From Gordius albopunctatus (taxonomy: Eukaryota), in the NCBI GenBank assembly GCA_964276515.1, contig OZ193910.1, positions 7,812,001 to 7,876,000 on the forward strand: a DNA stretch of 64,000 nucleotides. Reading direction: 5' to 3'. Numbering within the stretch: the stretch's first letter is position 1; each line of letters begins with the position of its first letter. The translations under genes and the position numbers were made by a program. Of the stretch, positions 54,475 to 64,000 are shown piece after piece. A model generated the notes under the pieces. That model did not search any database. It was not told the origin of the DNA and saw only the letters and a program-made list of their open reading frames with translations.

Positions 54475-57400
54475 CGTGGGGGCTATTTGAGATTGAGAGA
54501 AATTAAAATTTTCGCATTGCGTTTAGATTGATTCAATATCGCTTTATAAGCGTGTCTCTAGTTTTAGTGAAACAAGCTCTATGCGATCGTGATTTAGAGT
54601 TAATAATTTTTGATGACTGATCAAAAAAATGTTTTTCAAGGAATTCATCTCTTATACGGAAAACTTTCATGAGAGCTATATGGTTGAACAAAAAAAATTA
54701 AAACAATTTCGAGGTCGAAAAAAATATTATTTTTCATATTCTTTCGAAAGGGAGATGAAAAAATCTTTAAAAGTTATTAAATATTCTTAGCATTTTGTCC
54801 TTGTTAGAATCTTGATAGGAATTTTTGCGTGGGGGGATGTTTTAGATTGAGAGAAATTAAAATTTAGGTGTTGCGTTTATATTGTTTCAATATCGCTTTA
54901 TAAGCGTGTCTCTAGTTTTAGTGAAACAAGCTCTATGCGATCGTGATTTAGAGTTAATAATTTTTGATGACTGATCAAAAAAATGTTTTTCAAGGAATTC
55001 ACCTCTTATACCGAAAACTTTCATGAGAACTATATGGTTGAACAAAAAAATTGAAAAAATTTTGAGGTCGAAAAAAATATTATTTTTCATATTGTTTCGA
55101 AAAGGAGATGAAAAAATCTTTAAAAGTTAGTAAATATTCTTAGCATTCCTTTCTTGATAGGAATTTTTGCGTGGGGGCTATTTGAGATTGAGAGAAATTA
55201 AAATTTTCGTGTTGCGTTTAGATTGATTCAATATCGCTTTATAAGCGTGTCTCTAGTTTTAGTGAAACAAGCTCTATGCGATCGTGATTTAGAGTTAATA
55301 ATTTTTGATGACTGATCAAAAAAATGTTTTTCAAGGAATTCATCTCTTATACGGAAAACTTTCATGAGAGCTATATGGTTGAACAAAAAAAATTAAAACA
55401 ATTTTGAGGTCGAAAAAAATATTATTTTTCATATTCTTTCGAAAGGGAGATGAAAAAATCTTTAAAAGTTATTAAATATTCTTAGCATTTTGTCCTTGTT
55501 AGAATCTTGATAGGAATTTTTGCGTGGGGGGATGTTTTAGATTGAGAGAAATTAAAATTTTCGTGTGGCGTTTAGATTGATTCAATATCGCTTTATAAGC
55601 GTGTCTCTAGTTTTAGTGAAACAAGCTCTATGCGATCGTGATTTACAGTTAATAATTTTTGATGACTGATCAAAAAAATGTTTTTCAAGGAATTCACCTC
55701 TTATACCGAAAACTTTCATGAGAACTATATGGTTGAACAAAAAAATTGAAAAAATTTTGAGGTCGAAAAAAATATTATTTTTCATATTGTTTCGAAAAGG
55801 AGATGAAAAAATCTTTAAAAGTTAGTAAATATTCATAGCATTTTGTCCTTTCTTGATAGGAATTTTTGCGTGGGGGCTATTTGAGATTGAGAGAAATTAA
55901 AATTTTCGTGTTGCGTTTAGATTGATTCAATATCGCTTTATAAGCGTGTCTCTAGTTTTAGTGAAACAAGCTCTATGCGATCGTGATTTAGAGTTAATAA
56001 TTTTTGATGACTGATCAAAAAAATGTTTTTCAAGGAATTCACCTCTTATACCGAAAACTTTCATGAGAACTATATGGTTGAACAAAAAAATTGAAAAAAT
56101 TTTGAGGTCGAAAAAAATATTATTTTTCATATTGTTTCGAAAAGGAGATGAAAAAATCTTTAAAAGTTAGTAAATATTCTTAGCATTTTGTCCTTTCTTG
56201 ATAGGAATTTTTGCGTGGGGGCTATTTGAGATTGAGAGAAATTAAAATTTTCGTGTTGCGTTTAGATTGATTCAATATCGCTTTATAAGCGTGTCTCTAG
56301 TTTTAGTGAAACAAGCTCTATGCGATCGTGATTTAGAGTTAATAATTTTTGATGACTGATCAAAAAAATGTTTTTCAAGGAATTCATCTCTTATACGGAA
56401 AACTTTCATGAGAGCTATATGGTTGAACAAAAAAAATTAAAACAATTTTGAGGTCGAAAAAAATATTATTTTTCATATTCTTTCGAAAGGGAGATGAAAA
56501 AATCTTTAAAAGTTATTAAATATTCTTAGCATTTTGTCCTTGTTAGAATCTTGATAGGAATTTTTGCGTGGGGGGATGTTTTAGATTGAGAGAAATTAAA
56601 ATTTTCGTGTGGCGTTTAGATTGATTCAATATCGCTTTATAAGCGTGTCTCTAGTTTTAGTGAAACAAGCTCTATGCGATCGTGATTTACAGTTAATAAT
56701 TTTTGATGACTGATCAAAAAAATGTTTTTCAAGGAATTCACCTCTTATACCGAAAACTTTCATGAGAACTATATGGTTGTACAAAAAAATTGAAAAAATT
56801 TTGAGGTCGAAAAAAATATTATTTTTCATATTGTTTCGAAAAGGAGATGAAAAAATCTTTAAAAGTTAGTAAATATTCATAGCATTTTGTCCTTTCTTGA
56901 TAGGAATTTTTGCGTGGGGGCTATTTGAGATTGAGAGAAATTAAAATTTTCGTGTTGCGTTTAGATTGATTCAATATCGCTTTATAAGCGTGTCTCTAGT
57001 TTTAGTGAAACAAGCTCTATGCGATCGTGATTTAGAGTTAATAATTTTTGATGACTGATCAAAAAAATGTTTTTCAAGGAATTCATCTCTTATACGGAAA
57101 ACTTTCATGAGAGCTATATGGTTGAACAAAAAAAATTAAAACAATTTTGAGGTCGAAAAAAATATTATTTTTCATATTCTTTCGAAAGGGAGATGAAAAA
57201 ATCTTTAAAAGTTATTAAATATTCTTAGCATTTTGTCCTTGTTAGAATCTTGATAGGAATTTTTGCGTGGGGGGATGTTTTAGATTGAGAGAAATTAAAA
57301 TTTAGGTGTTGCGTTTATATTGTTTCAATATCGCTTTATAAGCGTGTCTCTAGTTTTAGTGAAACAAGCTCTATGCGATCGTGATTTAGAGTTAATAATT

Positions 57401-60400
57401 TTTGATGACTGATCAAAAAAATGTTTTTCAAGGAATTCACCTCTTATACCGAAAACTTTCATGAGAACTATATGGTTGAACAAAAAAATTGAAAAAATTT
57501 TGAGGTCGAAAAAAATATTATTTTTCATATTGTTTCGAAAAGGAGATGAAAAAATCTTTAAAAGTTAGTAAATATTCTTAGCATTCCTTTCTTGATAGGA
57601 ATTTTTGCGTGGGGGCTATTTGAGATTGAGAGAAATTAAAATTTTCGTGTTGCGTTTAGATTGATTCAATATCGCTTTATAAGCGTGTCTCTAGTTTTAG
57701 TGAAACAAGCTCTATGCGATCGTGATTTAGAGTTAATAATTTTTGATGACTGATCAAAAAAATGTTTTTCAAGGAATTCATCTCTTATACGGAAAACTTT
57801 CATGAGAGCTATATGGTTGAACAAAAAAAATTAAAACAATTTTGAGGTCGAAAAAAATATTATTTTTCATATTCTTTCGAAAGGGAGATGAAAAAATCTT
57901 TAAAAGTTATTAAATATTCTTAGCATTTTGTCCTTGTTAGAATCTTGATAGGAATTTTTGCGTGGGGGGATGTTTTAGATTGAGAGAAATTAAAATTTTC
58001 GTGTGGCGTTTAGATTGATTCAATATCGCTTTATAAGCGTGTCTCTAGTTTTAGTGAAACAAGCTCTATGCGATCGTGATTTACAGTTAATAATTTTTGA
58101 TGACTGATCAAAAAAATGTTTTTCAAGGAATTCACCTCTTATACCGAAAACTTTCATGAGAACTATATGGTTGAACAAAAAAATTGAAAAAATTTTGAGG
58201 TCGAAAAAAATATTATTTTTCATATTGTTTCGAAAAGGAGATGAAAAAATCTTTAAAAGTTAGTAAATATTCATAGCATTTTGTCCTTTCTTGATAGGAA
58301 TTTTTGCGTGGGGGCTATTTGAGATTGAGAGAAATTAAAATTTTCGTGTTGCGTTTAGATTGATTCAATATCGCTTTATAAGCGTGTCTCTAGTTTTAGT
58401 GAAACAAGCTCTATGCGATCGTGATTTAGAGTTAATAATTTTTGATGACTGATCAAAAAAATGTTTTTCAAGGAATTCACCTCTTATACCGAAAACTTTC
58501 ATGAGAACTATATGGTTGAACAAAAAAATTGAAAAAATTTTGAGGTCGAAAAAAATATTATTTTTCATATTGTTTCGAAAAGGAGATGAAAAAATCTTTA
58601 AAAGTTAGTAAATATTCTTAGCATTTTGTCCTTTCTTGATAGGAATTTTTGCGTGGGGGCTATTTGAGATTGAGAGAAATTAAAATTTTCGTGTTGCGTT
58701 TAGATTGATTCAATATCGCTTTATAAGCGTGTCTCTAGTTTTAGTGAAACAAGCTCTATGCGATCGTGATTTAGAGTTAATAATTTTTGATGACTGATCA
58801 AAAAAATGTTTTTCAAGGAATTCATCTCTTATACGGAAAACTTTCATGAGAGCTATATGGTTGAACAAAAAAAATTAAAACAATTTTGAGGTCGAAAAAA
58901 ATATTATTTTTCATATTCTTTCGAAAGGGAGATGAAAAAATCTTTAAAAGTTATTAAATATTCTTAGCATTTTGTCCTTGTTAGAATCTTGATAGGAATT
59001 TTTGCGTGGGGGGATGTTTTAGATTGAGAGAAATTAAAATTTTCGTGTGGCGTTTAGATTGATTCAATATCGCTTTATAAGCGTGTCTCTAGTTTTAGTG
59101 AAACAAGCTCTATGCGATCGTGATTTACAGTTAATAATTTTTGATGACTGATCAAAAAAATGTTTTTCAAGGAATTCACCTCTTATACCGAAAACTTTCA
59201 TGAGAACTATATGGTTGTACAAAAAAATTGAAAAAATTTTGAGGTCGAAAAAAATATTATTTTTCATATTGTTTCGAAAAGGAGATGAAAAAATCTTTAA
59301 AAGTTAGTAAATATTCATAGCATTTTGTCCTTTCTTGATAGGAATTTTTGCGTGGGGGCTATTTGAGATTGAGAGAAATTAAAATTTTCGTGTTGCGTTT
59401 AGATTGATTCAATATCGCTTTATAAGCGTGTCTCTAGTTTTAGTGAAACAAGCTCTATGCGATCGTGATTTAGAGTTAATAATTTTTGATGACTGATCAA
59501 AAAAATGTTTTTCAAGGAATTCATCTCTTATACGGAAAACTTTCATGAGAGCTATATGGTTGAACAAAAAAAATTAAAACAATTTTGAGGTCGAAAAAAA
59601 TATTATTTTTCATATTCTTTCGAAAGGGAGATGAAAAAATCTTTAAAAGTTATTAAATATTCTTAGCATTTTGTCCTTGTTAGAATCTTGATAGGAATTT
59701 TTGCGTGGGGGGATGTTTTAGATTGAGAGAAATTAAAATTTATGTGTTGCGTTTATATTGTTTCAATATCGCTTTATAAGCGTGTCTCTAGTTTTAGTGA
59801 AACAAGCTCTATGCGATCGTGATTTAGGGTTAATAATTTTTGATGACTGATCAAAAAAATGTTTTTCAAGGAATTCACCTCTTATACCGAAAACTTTCAT
59901 GAGAGCTATATGGTTGAACAAAATAATTGAAAAAATTTTGAGATCGAAAAAAATATTATTTTTCAAATTCTTTCGAAAGGGAGATGAAAAAATCTTTAAA
60001 AGTTAGTAAATATTCTAAATATTTTGTCCTTGTTAGAATCTTGATAGGAATTTTTGCGTTGGCGATGTTTGAGATTGAGAGAAATTAAAATTTTCGTGTG
60101 GCGTTTAGATTGATTCAATATCGCTTTATAAGCGTGTCTCTAGTTTTAGTGAAACAAGCTCTATGCGATCGTGATTTAGAGTTAATAATTTTTGATGACT
60201 GATCAAAAAAATGTTTTTCAAGGAATTCACCTTTTATACCGAAAACTTTCATGAGAACTATATGGTTGAACAAAAAAATTAAAACAATTTTGAGGTCGAA
60301 AAAAATATTATTTTTCATATTCTTTCGAAAGGGAGATGAAAAAATCTTTAAAAATTAGTAAATATTCTTAGAATTTTGTCCTTGTTAGAATCTTGATAGG

Positions 60401-63400
60401 AATTTTTGCGTTGGCGATGTTTGAGATTGAGAGAAATTAAAATTTTCGTGTGGCGTTTAGATTGATTCAATATCGCTTTATAAGCGTGTCTCTAGTTTTA
60501 GTGAAACAAGCTCTATGCGATCGTGATTTAGAGTTAATAATTTTTGATGACTGATCAAAAAAATGTTTTTCAAGGAATTCATCTCTTATACGGAAAACTT
60601 TCATGAGAGCTATATGGTTGAACAAAAAAATTGAAAAAATTTTGAGGTCGAAAAAAATATTTTTTTTCATATTCTTTCGAAAGGGAGATGAAAAAATCTT
60701 TAAAAGTTATTAAATATTCTTAGCATTTTGTCCTTGTTAGAATCTTGATAGGAATTTTTGCGTGGGGGGATGTTTTAGATTGAGAGAAATTAAAATTTAG
60801 GTGTTGCGTTTATATTGTTTCAATATCGCTTTATAAGCGTGTCTCTAGTTTTAGTGAAACAAGCTCTATGCGATCGTGATTTAGAGTTAATAATTTTTGA
60901 TGACTGATCAAAAAAATGTTTTTCAAGGAATTCGCCTTTTATACCGAAAACTTTCATGAGAACTATATGGTTGAACAAAAAAATTAAAACAATTTTGAGG
61001 TCGAAAAAAATATTATTTTTCATATTCTTTCGAAAGGGAGATGAAAAAATCTTTAAAAATTAGTAAATATTCTTAGAATTTTGTCCTTGTTAGAATCTTG
61101 ATAGGAATTTTTGCGTTGGCGATGTTTGAGATTGAGAGAAATTAAAATTTTCGTGTGGCGTTTAGATTGATTCAATATCGCTTTATAAGCGTGTCTCTAG
61201 TTTTAGTGAAACAAGCTCTATGCGATCGTGATTTACAGTTAATAATTTTTGATGACTGATCAAAAAAATGTTTTTCAAGGAATTCACCTCTTATACCGAA
61301 AACTTTCATGAGAACTATATGGTTGAACAAAAAAATTGAAAAAATTTTGAGGTCGAAAAAAATATTATTTTTCATATTGTTTCGAAAAGGAGATGAAAAA
61401 ATCTTTAAAAGTTAGTAAATATTCATAGCATTTTGTCCTTTCTTGATAGGAATTTTTGCGTGGGGGCTATTTGAGATTGAGAGAAATTAAAATTTTCGTG
61501 TTGCGTTTAGATTGATTCAATATCGCTTTATAAGCGTGTCTCTAGTTTTAGTGAAACAAGCTCTATGCGATCGTGATTTAGAGTTAATAATTTTTGATGA
61601 CTGATCAAAAAAATGTTTTTCAAGGAATTCATCTCTTATACGGAAAACTTTCATGAGAGCTATATGGTTGAACAAAAAAAATTAAAACAATTTTGAGGTC
61701 GAAAAAAATATTATTTTTCATATTCTTTCGAAAGGGAGATGAAAAAATCTTTAAAAGTTATTAAATATTCTTAGCATTTTGTCCTTGTTAGAATCTTGAT
61801 AGGAATTTTTGCGTGGGGGGATGTTTTAGATTGAGAGAAATTAAAATTTTCGTGTGGCGTTTAGATTGATTCAATATCGCTTTATAAGCGTGTCTCTAGT
61901 TTTAGTGAAACAAGCTCTATGCGATCGTGATTTACAGTTAATAATTTTTGATGACTGATCAAAAAAATGTTTTTCAAGGAATTCACCTCTTATACCGAAA
62001 ACTTTCATGAGAACTATATGGTTGTACAAAAAAATTGAAAAAATTTTGAGGTCGAAAAAAATATTATTTTTCATATTGTTTCGAAAAGGAGATGAAAAAA
62101 TCTTTAAAAGTTAGTAAATATTCATAGCATTTTGTCCTTTCTTGATAGGAATTTTTGCGTGGGGGCTATTTGAGATTGAGAGAAATTAAAATTTTCGTGT
62201 TGCGTTTAGATTGATTCAATATCGCTTTATAAGCGTGTCTCTAGTTTTAGTGAAACAAGCTCTATGCGATCGTGATTTAGAGTTAATAATTTTTGATGAC
62301 TGATCAAAAAAATGTTTTTCAAGGAATTCATCTCTTATACGGAAAACTTTCATGAGAGCTATATGGTTGAACAAAAAAAATTAAAACAATTTTGAGGTCG
62401 AAAAAAATATTATTTTTCATATTCTTTCGAAAGGGAGATGAAAAAATCTTTAAAAGTTATTAAATATTCTTAGCATTTTGTCCTTGTTAGAATCTTGATA
62501 GGAATTTTTGCGTGGGGGGATGTTTTAGATTGAGAGAAATTAAAATTTATGTGTTGCGTTTATATTGTTTCAATATCACTTTATAAGCGTGTCTCTAGTT
62601 TTAGTGAAACAAGCTCTATGCGATCGTGATTTAGGGTTAATAATTTTTGATGACTGATCAAAAAAATGTTTTTCAAGGAATTCACCTCTTATACCGAAAA
62701 CTTTCATGAGAGCTATATGGTTGAACAAAATAATTGAAAAAATTTTGAGATCGAAAAAAATATTATTTTTCAAATTCTTTCGAAAGGGAGATGAAAAAAT
62801 CTTTAAAAGTTAGTAAATATTCTAAATATTTTGTCCTTGTTAGAATCTTGATAGGAATTTTTGCGTTGGCGATGTTTGAGATTGAGAGAAATTAAAATTT
62901 TCGTGTGGCGTTTAGATTGATTCAATATCGCTTTATAAGCGTGTCTCTAGTTTTAGTGAAACAAGCTCTATGCGATCGTGATTTAGAGTTAATAATTTTT
63001 GATGACTGATCAAAAAAATGTTTTTCAAGGAATTCACCTTTTATACCGAAAACTTTCATGAGAACTATATGGTTGAACAAAAAAATTAAAACAATTTTGA
63101 GGTCGAAAAAAATATTATTTTTCATATTCTTTCGAAAGGGAGATGAAAAAATCTTTAAAAGTTATTAAATATTCTTAGCATTTTGTCCTTGTTAGAATCT
63201 TGATAGGAATTTTTGCGTGGGGGGATGTTTTAGATTGAGAGAAATTAAAATTTTCGTGTGGCGTTTAGATTGATTCAATATCGCTTTATAAGCGTGTCTC
63301 TAGTTTTAGTGAAACAAGCTCTATGCGATCGTGATTTACAGTTAATAATTTTTGATGACTGATCAAAAAAATGTTTTTCAAGGAATTCACCTCTTATACC

Positions 63401-64000
63401 GAAAACTTTCATGAGAACTATATGGTTGAACAAAAAAATTGAAAAAATTTTGAGGTCGAAAAAAATATTATTTTTCATATTGTTTCGAAAAGGAGATGAA
63501 AAAATCTTTAAAAGTTAGTAAATATTCATAGCATTTTGTCCTTTCTTGATAGGAATTTTTGCGTGGGGGCTATTTGAGATTGAGAGAAATTAAAATTTTC
63601 GTGTTGCGTTTAGATTGATTCAATATCGCTTTATAAGCGTGTCTCTAGTTTTAGTGAAACAAGCTCTATGCGATCGTGATTTAGAGTTAATAATTTTTGA
63701 TGACTGATCAAAAAAATGTTTTTCAAGGAATTCACCTCTTATACCGAAAACTTTCATGAGAACTATATGGTTGAACAAAAAAATTGAAAAAATTTTGAGG
63801 TCGAAAAAAATATTATTTTTCATATTGTTTCGAAAAGGAGATGAAAAAATCTTTAAAAGTTAGTAAATATTCTTAGCATTTTGTCCTTTCTTGATAGGAA
63901 TTTTTGCGTGGGGGCTATTTGAGATTGAGAGAAATTAAAATTTTCGTGTTGCGTTTAGATTGATTCAATATCGCTTTATAAGCGTGTCTCTAGTTTTAGT
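54475..64000. repeat. Tandem satellite array, variant subfamily with 341/345/352-354-bp monomers (segment 4)
   Basis: Same monomer with diagnostic changes: a 7-bp deletion (GTCCTT^TCTTG), GGGGGCTATTTG, TTAGATTGATTCAAT and ATTAAAACAATTTT. Periods of 699, 2438 and 2807 bp are visible. Confidence 0.98.

Noticed and set aside
293..63823. More than 100 near-identical 67-aa minus-strand ORFs (MKNN.FFDLKIFSIF...) as a tandem gene family
   Set aside because: There is one per satellite monomer. Many monomers carry stops or frameshifts, some starts are TTG, no domain is recognisable, and the F/K/I/N-rich composition follows from A/T tracts. Ribo-seq or dN/dS evidence would be needed to reconsider.
1..64000. 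CRISPR array
   Set aside because: There are no unique spacers, whole 353-bp units repeat, there are no cas genes, and the context is eukaryotic.
1..64000. Identity with the Drosophila 1.688 (353/356/359-bp) satellites, or with 5S rRNA/tRNA/snRNA gene arrays
   Set aside because: Only the length and AT content are similar. I recognise no sequence match and no RNA-gene or Pol III box structure. A BLAST/Rfam search would settle it.

Overview
Eukaryotic, AT-rich satellite DNA. About 95% of the window is one head-to-tail array of a ~353-bp monomer (roughly 170 copies, all in the same orientation, differing at a small set of recurring variant sites). The array is interrupted by two 200-N gaps and by one full-length 2,881-bp hAT DNA transposon (43288-46168). 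The transposon has an 8-bp target-site duplication ATCGCTTT, 9-bp TIRs TAGAGATGG, GGGAA-rich subterminal repeats and a minus-strand BED-finger/DDE transposase broken by two homopolymer frameshifts. The array shows local higher-order organisation (a 17-mer built as 8+9, plus 9-, 8-, 7-, 4- and 2-mer periods) and two monomer subfamilies. The sequence left of gap 1 continues base-for-base into the sequence right of gap 2, and the block between the gaps is exactly 20,000 bp, so that block (with the transposon) is probably misplaced by scaffolding or curation. The >100 repeated 67-aa ORFs are by-products of the monomer, not genes. I found no evidence for a new multi-gene system; what is notable here is satellite architecture and one recent-looking transposon insertion. 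Species and satellite family are not identified.
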